From Pristiophorus japonicus (Eukaryota): a stretch of DNA of 64,000 nt. Shown one piece after another: positions 35,795 through 48,300 of the stretch. Position 1 is the first letter of the stretch; each line of letters begins with the position of its first letter. The notes beneath the pieces were generated by a model. That model saw nothing but the letters and a program-made list of their open reading frames with translations. It had not been told where the DNA came from and searched no databases. Location of the stretch: NCBI RefSeq assembly GCF_044704955.1, contig NC_091984.1, positions 44,454,001-44,518,000 on the forward strand, in the 5' to 3' direction. The translations under genes were made by a program, and so were the position numbers.

Positions 35795-36757
35795 CTGGAA
35801 GAAGAAAATAAGAGATAGATTTAAAAAAAACTTTCATAAAATTTGTATGGATACGCAAGTTTACATAAAATAATTTTCTAAATACACAAAATACATTTTT
35901 TTTTTTTTTTTTTTATACAGTTAAGGGTTGCAAATCCCCTATTTTGGGGGTTTGGAGTTTTGAATGCACACCTTAGTGTTGCAATTTAATTCCCCATTAC
36001 GGTCATTAAATGGTGCCATCCATGCATCTGACACACAAAACAAACTTCGACATACACAGTTGTGAAATAAACAAAATGAAACAACAAAAGGATTCTTTTT
36101 ACCATAGTGTGGACTATGGAAACCAAGATATTTGGCCTTTTCTTCCCCCCATGCACCACTTTTGATTTCATAGCCCATTGCAACAAACACAATTCATGAC
36201 AGTAATTATGCTGTTAAGTAGAGAGCTTTCTACTATATCGAGACTGTAATCACCTTGTACAAAACATAGGTTCAATGGGCTCAAGTTTCAGGCTGCGCGA
36301 CCTGGACGCCCGTTTCTCGCGCCACAAAGTGTGCCTTAAAAAAACTTACCTATTCTCCGGCTCCTTGCAGGCCCTCTGGAGCTGGGCGCAGCGCAGCACA
36401 GCACGAGCTGTAGGGGGTGGAGCCAGGTCCCTGCGCTGAAAACAGTGCCGGGACCTCTGCACATGCGCGCTACAGTGGGCGCGCATGTGCAGTAGCTCCA
36501 GGCGCCCAAAACTGTGGGAGGGGCCCGAAGCACACAGCCCCTAGCCCTGGCCGAATGGCCTCTCTGGGGCTGCGTGAATAAGGCTCTTCCCACCCGACTG
36601 GACCCTCGCTCTCCCCCCCCCCCCCCACCCCCCGCGACCCGACCTCCACTTCCCCCCCCTCCAGCGACCCGACCTCCGCCCCCCCCCCCCGCGACTCTCT
36701 CTCTTCACACACCCCCGACCTCCGTGACTCTCTCTTCACCCCCCCCACCCACCCCGA

Positions 36758-36953
36758 NNNNNNNNNNNNNNNNNNNNNNNNNNNNNNNNNNNNNNNNNNN
36801 NNNNNNNNNNNNNNNNNNNNNNNNNNNNNNNNNNNNNNNNNNNNNNNNNNNNNNNNNNNNNNNNNNNNNNNNNNNNNNNNNNNNNNNNNNNNNNNNNNNN
36901 NNNNNNNNNNNNNNNNNNNNNNNNNNNNNNNNNNNNNNNNNNNNNNNNNNNNN
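36758..36953. other. Assembly gap (196 N)
   Basis: Run of n. Confidence 0.99.
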
Positions 36954-37927
36954 CCCCGAGACCTGACGCCACCTACCTGTAAATCCAGCCCGAAGTCCTT
37001 CTCTCCCTTCCTTACCTCCCTCCCTTCCTCCATCCCTCCCTCCCTCCATCCTCGCTCCCTTCTCCCCCTCTCCCTCTCCCTCCCTGCTTCCCCCCACCCC
37101 TCCCCTGACCCCCTCCACCCTCCCTCACCCCCCCTCACCTCCCTCCGCCTCCTCACTTCTCCCCCCCCCCATCCACCTCCCCCACCCGCACCGCTCCCCC
37201 CTCCCTTCACCACCTCCCCCCCACCACCTCACCAACCCCCCCCACCCCCCCTACCAACACCTCACCTCCCACCCCCCCCCACCCCTTCCCAACCCCCACC
37301 TCCCAACCCCCCACCTCCTCCTCCTCCCCCCACACCCTCCCCTCCCCCCCACCCACACCCACATCCCCCCTCCCACACCCACATCCCCCCTCCCCCACCA
37401 CCCACACCCCACCTCACCCCCCCACCCACACCCCCCCTCCCCCCACATCCACACCCCCCCTCCCCCCACATCCACACCCCCCCTCCCCCCACCCCCCCAC
37501 CCCCCACATCCACACCCCCCCTCCCCCACATCCACACCCCCCCTCCCCCCACCCCCCCACCCCCCACATCCCCCCCACCCCCCACCCACACCCCCCCCAC
37601 CCCCACACCCCCCCTCCCCCCACCCCCCACATCCACACCCCCACACCCCCCCCCACACCCACCCCTCCCCCACCCCCTCCCCTCCCCCCACACCCACCCC
37701 TCCCCCCACACCCCCCCTTCCCCCACCCCCCCCTCCCTCCCCCCACACCGACACCCCCCTCCCCTCCCCCCACACCCCCCCTCCCCCTCCCCCCACACCC
37801 CCCCCCCCTCCCCCCACACCCCCCTCCCCCTCCCCCCCACACCCCCCCTCCCCCTCCCCCCACACCCCCCCTCCCCTCCCCCCACACCACCCTCCCCTCC
37901 CCCACACCCCCCCCTCCCCTCCCCCAC

Positions 37928-38127
37928 NNNNNNNNNNNNNNNNNNNNNNNNNNNNNNNNNNNNNNNNNNNNNNNNNNNNNNNNNNNNNNNNNNNNNNNNN
38001 NNNNNNNNNNNNNNNNNNNNNNNNNNNNNNNNNNNNNNNNNNNNNNNNNNNNNNNNNNNNNNNNNNNNNNNNNNNNNNNNNNNNNNNNNNNNNNNNNNNN
38101 NNNNNNNNNNNNNNNNNNNNNNNNNNN
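37928..38127. other. Assembly gap (200 N)
   Basis: Run of n. Confidence 0.99.
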
Positions 38128-39035
38128 CCCCTTCCCCCACGCCCCAACACCACCCCTCCCCCCACGCCCCAACACCACCCCTCCCCCCACGCCCCAACAC
38201 CACCCCTCCCCCCACGCCCCAACACCACCCCTCCCCCCACGCCCCAACACCAGGATTTCCCCTCCCCCACGCCCCAACACCATGAGAGTCCCCTCCCCCA
38301 CGCCCCAACACCACCCCTCCCCCCACGCCCCAACACCACCCCTCCCCCCACGCCCCAACACCACCCCTCCCCCCACGCCCCAACACCACCCCTCCCCCCA
38401 CGCCCCAACACCACCCCTCCCCCCACGCCCCAACACCACCCCTCCCCCCACACCCCAACACCACCCCTCCCCCCACACCCCAACACCACCCCTCCCCCCA
38501 CACCCCAACACCACCCCTCCCCCCCACACCCCAACACCACCCCTCCCCCCACACCCCAACACCACCCCTCCCCCCACACCCCAACACCACCCCTCCCCCC
38601 ACACCCCAACACCACCCTCCCCCCACACCCCAACACCACCCCTCCCCCCACACCCCAACACCACCCCTCCCCCCACACCCCAACACCACCCCTCCCCCCA
38701 CACCCCAACACCACCCCTCTTCCCACACCCCAACACCACCCCTCCCCCCACACCCCAACACCACCCCTCCCCCACACCCCAACACCACCCCTCCCCCCAC
38801 ACCCCAACACCACCCCTCCCCCCCACACCCCAACACCACCCCTCCCCCCCACACCCCAACACCACCTCCCCCCCCCCACACCCCAACACCACCCCTCCCC
38901 CCACACCCCAACACCACCCCTCCCCCCACACCCCAACACCACCCCTCCCCCCCACACCCCAACACCACCTCCCCCCCCCACACCCCAACACCACCTCCCC
39001 CCCCCCCCCACACCCCAACACCACCTCCCCCCCCC
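38128..39035. repeat. 25-bp minisatellite (R-CCCCAACACCACCCCTCCCCCCAC), about 35 units
   Basis: Period 25 read directly (e.g. units start at 38141, 38166, 38191); preceded by low-complexity C-rich DNA 36600-37927. Confidence 0.95.
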
Positions 39036-40342
39036 CCTTCTCCCCCTTCCCTCGCTGTCAGAAACACAGACACTGACAGAGAGTAAGAGACACACACACA
39101 GACAGAGAGATAGAGACACTGACAGAGACACACTGGGGGGGGGGTGCCGTCCCAGCACGTTGTTGGAGGACTCCCGGTGCTGCAGTCGGTAAGTAGAAAA
39201 TGTTTTATTTATTGATTTTTTTACATTTTTTTTATTTTTTATTAATTTTTTTTGATTGATTTATTGGTTGATTTATTGATGTATTTCACATTTATTATTG
39301 ATGGCTCTTTATTTGTAAAACTGAAGTGTTTAATATTTGTAAACTTCCCTTTAAACCCTAGCCCCCCCCGCATTCCCTACGCCTAATTTGTAACCTACAC
39401 CTGATTTTCTAAAGTATAGACAAGGTTTTTTTGAACGTACAAAAATCTTCACTTACTCCATTCTAAGTTAGTTTGGAGTAAGTTTTCACTGCCTAAACTT
39501 TGAAAACAGGCGTAAGTGGCTGGATACACCCCCTTTTGAAAAAAAAATTCTGTTCCAAAGTGAAACTGTTCTAACTGACTCGAACTGGAGCAAACTAAAT
39601 GCTGAGAATTCAAATTTCTAAGATACTCCGCTCTACACCAGTTGCTCCAAAAAATCAGGAGCAACTCAGGCCGAAACTTGGTCCCATTATATTAAATTGC
39701 AGCCCTTAATGTCTTACTTATAGGCTAATGCTTAGAGGAATAGACAAATGAGGGTGGACCAACAGCTATGGATCTGGACTTGAAGATGAGACTTTGAGGC
39801 ACTGTAGACAGAAGAGAATAGTGCTTAACAAAACAAATATCTTTATGGAGTGCATTTATTTTTACATTAAAATTGTGTTCTTCTTATCCAATTGCTTTAA
39901 CTTGTATTCATCCATCTCAAGATCTTATACATTTTTGTCTCAGATTTAGCTTGGTAATAGCTTCTTTAATGGGTATAGCACAAAATGAGTTAAAACTAGC
40001 TTCACTCACAGAAGACTAATCCAGTTCACTTTTGTTATATTTTTTTGCAATAATTTGTCAGTTTGTTTGAAAAACAAGTGTTCAAGGACACAACAATTCC
40101 AACTTATTCTACATACAGACACATTATAAAGTCTATTGGGGTGCTGAATACTAGAGATATCTACTGTATCATGCCTTCAGTGCTTGTTGCATACACATTC
40201 TTCTATGTGCATCACTCACTTTTGAGTCTCTCCCTCAAGTTGAGAAGGACTTGAGGCAGAGTCAAACACCTTGGAAGAATTTCTATATCACATCAATAAA
40301 AAGAAAATAAATATGAAAAGATACAAGAAGCAACCTGCTTAC

Positions 40343-40447
40343 CACCCATTTTGCAATCTCTGCGCTCTCCTGCTTTTTCATGATAGAGTATAGTTTTACA
40401 TCTGCCAGTGCTGCCAGAAAGGACTGGACTAGTCGAGGAACCCAGAT
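40343..40447 (-). CDS. PIGB: PIGB coding exon 4 (IWVPRLVQ...IAKWV)
   Basis: 105 nt, ttgcag / gtaagc. Confidence 0.95.
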
Positions 40448-42620
40448 CTGCAAAAACAATGATGGCAGGTTCACAATACAGTTGAAGTTGGGGGGGGGGG
40501 GGGGGCGGGGGCGCAAATTGCAGGTGTAAGTCGTTGCTCAGTCAGCGCCACCTCTGCCAGTGAAATTATTCCTGCTCTCCTGCACCATCACTGCTAACAA
40601 AAACACAGATGGATGTGAAACTTACAATTTTCTTTAATGAATAGGTATCATTTCTATATAATCTGAATTGATTCAATCTCAAGCATCCTGCACAACACAG
40701 TGCAAATTGTGGCTCCGAGATACAACTCACTACATCAAGATCTAATTCTTAAATGTGTCAAAGCATGGTGCCAACCAAAGGTCTAAAAGTCAGTCCAAAC
40801 GAAGAACTGAAATCAAAGAGCACCCTGTAGCAGCCAGATCAGCTCATTTTATTTCCCAATGCAGCGATGCAAAGACAGAAGAGGGTAAAAGCAGAATAGA
40901 AAGGAGCATCGGACAGAATGCAAAACCGTAACCTTGTGTAGACTCAACTTTAAAATTTTTTATTCTCATTACTTTTTATTATTTATTTTCTCATCCCCAG
41001 CATAGGAAGAACCAAGTATACACAATCCTCAGACAAGTGAAGAGCTACTTCCATCGTACAAAGACACCAATTTTTAAAACTACTTGTGAATATGGAAAGT
41101 GGCTTAAATTGGGAGAGACAATTTTACCCTATCTCTAATTTCACCAGATCAAAAACATCCTGTGCCAGGCCTGCTTCCAGGCTCCCCCCCCACTGATTCT
41201 GTTGGGCCAGCTGTAGCAAAAACGCAAATACTTTTTGGTGGCCTCGCTTCGGACAAATTTTCCCGAGGGAAGCGCCTGTCCTCAAGTCAGCATCTTCCCA
41301 GAGCAACACATTGAGGTTACAAATTTCAGCAGATTGAGCTAAAAACAAATCATGATTGCCACAATTCTTAGAGTTGCAAGGAATAAATGAAATATTTGAT
41401 AATACTAAAGGCCTTCATTTTCAGCATTATCTGGTTAGTTAGAAGGATCAAACAATTGCCAGAATCACATCATATTATTTGCTAGTTTTGCAGAATATGT
41501 ATAATACACATCTTTATTAACGCAGTAAGGAGGGTTATAACAAATTCGTAATACAGCAGAGAACCAAACTAAATACAGAAAGTACAGAAGAGATCTAAAA
41601 AAGAGAATAAGAGGGACAAAGAGAGTATGAGAATAGATTAATGGGCAACATAAAAGGGAACCCAAATGTTTTTTATAAACATATAAATAGTAATAGGGTA
41701 GTCAAAGGAAGGGTGTGGCCAATTAGAGATCAAAATAGAGATCTTCTTGTGGAGGCAGAGGTACTAAATGAGTACTTTGCATCTGTCCACTAGAGAAAAG
41801 GATGATGCCAAGGTAGCAGTAAAGAAGAAGATAAGCGATATCGGATGGGATAAAAATAGATAAAGGGGAGGTACTTAAAAGATGGGCAGTACTCAAAGTA
41901 GAAAAGACATCAGGACCAGGTGGGATGCATCCTAGGTAATTGAGGGAAATAGTGGGTTTGGCCACAATCTTCCAATCCTCCTTAGATATGATGATGGTGC
42001 GAGAGGACTGGAGGATTGCAAATGTTACATCCCTGTTCAAAAAATGGAAGGGATAAACCCAGCGATTAGTCAGCCTAATGCCACTGGTGGGGCCACTTTT
42101 AGAGAGAGTAGTCCGGACAAAATTAACTGGCATTTGGAAAAGTGTGGGCTAATAAATGAAAGTCAGCATGGATTTGTTAAAAGCAAATCGTGTTCGACTA
42201 AATTGATTGAGTTCTTTGATGAAGTAATGGAGGGTTGACGAGAGTAGTGTTTTGTATATGGACTTTTTAAAGGCCTTTGATAAAGTACCACATAATAGAC
42301 TTGTTAGAAAAATTAAAGCCCATGGGATTAAAAAGGGACAGTAGCAGTGAGGCTAAGAACTGGAAACAGAAAGCAAAGATGAGTGGTGAAGTTATTTTTC
42401 AGGCTGGAGGGAAAGAATATAAAGTGCTGTTCCCCAGGGGTCGGTATTCAGGCCATTGCTCTTTTTGATATATATTAATGATCTGGACTTGGGTATGCAG
42501 GGCATCATTTCAGAGTTTTCAGATGACATGAAACTTGGAAATGTAGTAAACAGTGAGGACGATAGTAACAGACTTCAGGAGGACAAACAGACTGGTGAAA
42601 TGGGTAGACACATGTCAGAT

Positions 42621-44283
42621 TAGCCTAACATCTGTGGTTGGGAAAATGTTGGAGTCTATTATTAAAGAAGTAGTAACAGGACATTTGGAAAAGTAAAATT
42701 CAGTCAGGCAGAATCAGCATGGATTTATGAAGGGGAAGTCATGTTTGACAAATTTGCTAGAATTCTTTGAGGATGTAACAAATAGAGTGGATAAAGGGGA
42801 ACCAGTGGATGTGGTGTATTTGAACTTCCAGAAGGCATGTGACAAGGTGCCACACAAAAGGTTACTGCACAAGATAAAAGTTCACAGGGTTGGAGGTAAT
42901 ATATTAGCATGGGTAGAAGATTGGCTGACAAACAGAAAACAGAGAGTCGGGATAAATGGTTCATTCTCTGATTGGCAATCAGAAACGAATGGGTTGCCGC
43001 AGGGATCAGTGCTGGGACCCCAACTATTTACAATCTATATTAACGACTTGGAAGAGGGGACTGAGTGTAATGTAGCCAAGTCTGCTGACGATACAAAGAA
43101 GGGAGGAAGGGCAATGTGTGAGGAACACAAAGAGGCTGCAGGAGGACATAGACAGACTAAGTGAGTGGGCAAGAATTTGGCAGATGGAGTATAATGTTGG
43201 AAAGTGTGAGGTCATGCACTTTGGCAGAAAAAAATCAAAGAGCAAGTTATTATTTAAATGGAGAAAGATTGTGTAGTGTCTCTGCACCTTGTTATAAACT
43301 CGCACGAGGCATATATATATATCAGACACGGTCACTCTGTGACCTTCCTTTATTCCCAGGACCAAGGAGTGCTGACCCTGGGTGGGACCTCCCCTTTTAT
43401 ATCTGGAAACCCAGGTGAGGAGTGTCTCCCGCTAGCTCACCCCCTGTGGGCAGGGTGCGCATTTCAAGGGTACAGGTACAGTGTGCATGAGTTACAGTTA
43501 CATAACTATGTCATTGCAAGATGGTGAAATACATGGCAGATTGCAAAGTGCTGCAGTACAGTGGGACTTGGGGGTACTTGTGCATGAAACACAAAAGGAT
43601 AGTATGCAGGTACAGCAAGAGATCAAGAAGGCCAATGGAATCTTGACCTTTATTGTGAAGGGAATGGAGTATAAAAGCAGAAAAGTCTTCTTACAGCTGT
43701 ACAGGGTATTGGTGAGGCCACACCTGAAATACTGTGTGCAGTTTTGGTTTCCAGATTTACGAAAGGATATACTTGCTTTGGAGGCAGTTCAGGGAAGGTT
43801 CACTAGGTTGATCCCAGGATGAGTGGATTTGACTTATGAGGAAAGGTTGAGTAGGTTGGGCCTCTACTCATTGGAATTCAGAAGAATGAGAGGTGATCTT
43901 ATAGAAACGTATAAGATTATGAGGGGGCTTGACAAGGTGGATGCAGAGAGGATGTTTCCACTGGTGGGGGAGACTAGAACTAGAGGGCAGGATCTTAGAA
44001 TAAGGGGCTGCCCATTTAGAACTGAGACGAGGAGAAATTTCTTCTCTGAGGGTTGTGAATCTGTGGAATTCGCTGCCTCAGAGAGCTGTGGAAGCTGGGA
44101 CATTAAATAAATTTAAGACAGAAATAGACAGTTTCTTAAACGATAAGGGGATAAGGGGTTATAGGGGACGGGCAGGGAAGTGGAGCTGAGTCCATGATCA
44201 GATCAGCCATGATCTTATTGAATGGCGGAGCAGGCTCGAGGGGCCTTATGGCCTATTCCTGCTCCTATTTCTTATGTTCTTAT
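42621..44283 (+). mobile_element. CR1 copy B, 5'-truncated, carrying a solo LTR
   Basis: RT ORF pieces 42727-44110; tail cctatttcttatgttctta. Confidence 0.88.
43272..43538 (-). mobile_element. Solo LTR, 267 bp, 5-bp TSD
   Basis: TG...CA termini, GATTG at 43267-43271 and 43539-43543; minus-strand TATAAAA (43401-43395) followed by AATAAA (43354-43349). Confidence 0.85.
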
Positions 44284-45370
44284 TAAACTAATTAGTGGGG
44301 GTGAGGATTCAGATGAACAAAAATTTTAAAAGTCAAAGAATAAGGAGAAGGCAATAGAGCAGGGTAGCACTGGGGGAAATGAAAATCATAGCTGACAGGA
44401 AGAGACAGAATGTATAAACAAAGGTGAATCAGAAAGTGGGGTCAAAGCAGGAAAAAATGGTGAAAAAACAAATTTAAAAGCTCTTTATCTGAATGCACAT
44501 GGCATTCATAACAAAATAGATGAATTGACAGTGCAAATAGATACAAATGGGTATGATCTGATAGCCATTACAGAGACGCGGTTGCAAGGTGACCAGGACT
44601 GGGAACTAAATATTCAGGGGTATTTGACAATTCAGAAAGACAGACAGATAGGAAAAGGAGGTGGGGTAGCACTGTTAATAAAGGATGAGATCAGTGTGTT
44701 AGTGAGAAACGATATTGGCTCAGAAGATCAAGATGTTGAAACAGTTTGGGTGGAGATAAGGAATAATAAGGGAAAAAAAAGTCACTGGTGGGCATAGTCA
44801 ATAGGCCCCCTAACAGTAGCTACACTGTTGGATGGAGTATAAATTAAGAAATAATGGAGGTTTTAATAAAGGAATGGCAAAAATCATGGGCGATTTTAAC
44901 CTTCATATTGATTAGATAAAGCAAATAGGCCAGGTTAGCCTTGAGGAAGAGTTCATAGAGTGTATCCGCGATAGTTTCCTTTAACAGTACGTTGCAGAAC
45001 CAACCAAGGAGCAGGCTATCTTAGATCTGGTAGTGTGTAATGAGACAGGATTAATAAATGATCTCGTAGTAAAGGATCCTCTTGGAATGAGTGACCATAA
45101 TATGGTTGAATTTCAAATTCAGTTGGAGGATGAGAAAGTTGGATCTCAAACCAGTGTCCTAAGCTTAAATAAAGGAGACTACAGAGGTATGAGGGCAGAG
45201 TTGGCTAACGTGGACTGGGAAAATAGATTAAAGTATGTGACGGTTGATGAGCTGACATTTAAGAAAATATTTCATAACTCGCAACAAAAATATATCCCAA
45301 AGAGAAGGAAAGACTGTAAGGGAAGGGATAACCATCCACGGCTAACAAAGGAAATAAGGGATGATAAAGA

Positions 45371-48300
45371 GAGGGAAGATAGATTAGGAACTGGAGCGGG
45401 AGGATCGAGAGGCCCATAAAATTTGGAAAGAGGTGACATAATAGGTCCAAGTCAGCATGGATTTGTGAAAGGGAAATCATGCTTGACAAATCTTCTGGAA
45501 TTTTTTGAGGATGTTTCCAGTAGAGTGGACAAGTTGATGTGGTATATTTGGACTTTCAGAAGGCTTTCGACAAGGTCCCACACAAGAGATTAATGTGCAA
45601 AGTTAAAGCACATGGGATTGGGGGTAGTGTGCTGACGTGGATTGAGAACTGGTTGTCAGACAGGAAGCAAAGAGTAGGAGTAAATGGGTACTTTTCAGAA
45701 TGGCAGGCAGTGACTAGTGGGGTACTGCAAGGTTCTGTGCTGGGGCCTCAGCTGTTTACATTGTACATTAATGATTTAGACGAGGGGATTAAATGTAGTA
45801 TCTCCAAGTTTGCGGATGACACTAAGTTGGGTGGCAGTGTGAGCTGCGAGGAGGATGCTATGAGGCTGCAGAGTGACTTGGATAGGTTAGGTGAGTGGGA
45901 AAATGCATGGCAGATGAAGTATAATGTGGATAAATGTGAGGTTATCCACTTTGGTGGTAAAAACAGAGAGACAGACTATTATCTGAATGGTGACAGATTA
46001 GGAAAAGGAGAGGTGCAACGAGACCTGGGTGTCATGGTACATCAGTCATTGAAGGTTGGCATGCAGGTACAGCAGGTGGTTAAGAAAGCAAATGGCATGT
46101 TGGCCTTCATAGCGAGGGGATTTGAGTACAGGGGCAGGGAGGTGTTGCTACAGTTGTACAGGGCCTTGGTGAGGCCACACCTGGAGTATTGTGTACAGTT
46201 TTGGTCTCCTAACTTGAGGAAGGACATTCTTGCTATTGAGGGAGTGCAGCGAAGGTTCACCAGACTGATTCCCGGGATGGTGGGACTGACCTATCAAGAA
46301 AGACTGGATCAACTGGGCTTGTGTTCACTGGAGTTCAGAAGAATGAGAGGGGACCTCATAGAAACGTTTAAAATTCTGACGGGTTTAGACAGGTTGGATG
46401 CAGGAAGAACGTTCCCAATGTTGGGGAAGTCCAGAACCAGGGGTCACAGTCTAAGGATAAGGAGTAACCCTTTTAGGACCGAGATGAGGAGAAACTTCTT
46501 CATTCAGAGAGTTGTGAGCATGTGGAATTCTCTACCAGAGAAAGTTGTTGAAGCCAGTTCGTTAGATATATTCAAAAGGGAGTTAGATGTGGCCCTTATG
46601 GCTAAAGGGATCAAGGGTATGGAGAGAAAGCAGGAATGGTGTACTGAAGTTGCATGTTCAGCCATGAACTCATTGAATGGCAGTGCAGGCTAGAAGGGCT
46701 GAATGGCCTACTCCTGCACCTATTTTCTATGTTTCTAAAAGGGGCCAGAGAGTCGGAGGAGCCACAGGAGAGAGAGGATAGAGAGGCCCATAAAAAGGGC
46801 CTGAGAGTCAGAGGAGCCAGCTGGTGTAGGGAGAAATATCAAAATCGAAGTGTGATGTCACAGCCAAGCGGGTAAGTGATTGGCTGGTGGATTGGTGAGT
46901 ATTGTAACTTTTTCTTTTCTGATCGGTAGAAAACCTTTGGCATTGTTGCCAAATTAAGTTAATTTAAGGGTTAAGTCATGGCAGGAGAGCCCAAACCCAT
47001 GTCATGCTCCTCCTGTGCTATGTGGGAAATCAGGGACACTGTTCCAGCTGCAGCTCCTGACCAACCGCATTGCAGCACTGGAGCTGCGCATGGATTCACT
47101 CTGGAGCAACTGCGATGCTGCGGATGTGGTGAATAGCACGTTTAGTGAGTTGGTCACACCGCAGGTAAAGGTTACAAAGGCAGATAGGGAATGGGTGACC
47201 ATCAGGCAGAGCAGTGGAAGGAAGGTAGTGCAGGGGTCCCCTGCGGTCATCTCCCTGCAAAACAGATATACCACTTTGGATACTGTTGGTGGAGATGGCT
47301 CATCACGGGAGGGCAGCAGCTGTCAAGTTCATGGCACCATGGGTGGCTCTGCTGCACAGGATGGCAGAAAAAAAGAGTGGGAGAGCTATAGTGGTCTGGG
47401 GATTCCATTGTAAGGGGAATAGATAGGCGTTTCTGCGGCCGCAATCGAGACTCCAGGATGGTATGTTGCCTCCCTGGTGCAAGGGTCAAGGACGTCTCGG
47501 AGCGGCTGCAGGGCATTCTGGAGGGGGAGGGCGAACAGCCAGTTGTCCTGGTGCATATAGGTACCAACGATATAGGTAAAAAACGGGGTGAGGTCCTACA
47601 AACTGAATTTAGGGAGCTAGGAGTTACATTAAAAAGTAGGACCTCAAAAGGTAGTAATCTCAGGATTGCTACCAGTGCCAAGTGCTAGTCAGAGTAGAAA
47701 TAGCAGGATAGTTAAGATGAATACGTGGCTTGAGGAATGGTGCAAGAGGGAGGGATTCAAATTCCTGGGACAATGGAACTGGTTCTGGGGGAGGTGGGAC
47801 CAGTACAAACCGGACAGTCTGCACCTGGGCAGGACCGGAACTGATGTCCTAGGGGGAGTGTTTGTTAGTGCTGTTAGGGAGGGATTAAACTAATATGGCA
47901 GGGAGACAGAGGGAATTAAAATGGGGGCAGAAGCAAAAAGTAGAAAGGAGATAAGGAAATGTGGAGGGCAGAGAAATTAAGAGCAAAAATCAAAAAGGGC
48001 CACATTTCAACATAATTCTAAAAGGACAAAGTGTGTTAAAAAAACAAGCCTGAAGACTCTGTGTCTCAATGCGAGGAGCATTCATAATAAGGTGGATGAA
48101 TTAACTGTGGGGATAGCTGTTAACGGATATGATGTAATTGGGATTGCGGAGACATGGCTCCAGGGTGACCAAGGATGGGAGCTCAACATCCAGGGGTATA
48201 CAATATTCAGGAAGGATAGGCAGAAAGGAAAAGGAGATGGTGCAGCGTTACTGGTTAAAGAGATTAACGCAATTAACGTGAGGAAGGACGATGTGGAATC

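Larger units (their letters stand above)
36277..39685. mobile_element. Non-autonomous TIR element (about 3.4 kb) with internal C-rich tandem repeats
   Basis: Imperfect TIR GGGCTCAAGTTTC / GGGACCAAGTTTC; flanked by (a)AT and AT(t). Confidence 0.7.

Noticed and set aside
35897-36220. Poly(T) run suggesting a processed retrocopy
   Set aside because: No poly(A) signal at the right distance and no convincing TSD
38128-39035. Regular repeat array as a CRISPR candidate
   Set aside because: Units are contiguous with no unique spacers, and the context is eukaryotic
36470-39158. Long Gly/Pro-rich ORFs (up to 635 aa)
   Set aside because: Translations of a C-rich minisatellite and N gaps, open in several frames only because the repeat lacks stop codons
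45539-46693. 384-aa RT ORF (and the 361-aa ORF at 62611) as an active or domesticated gene
   Set aside because: 5'-truncated or stop-containing fragments of a high-copy CR1 subfamily with ordinary LINE tails
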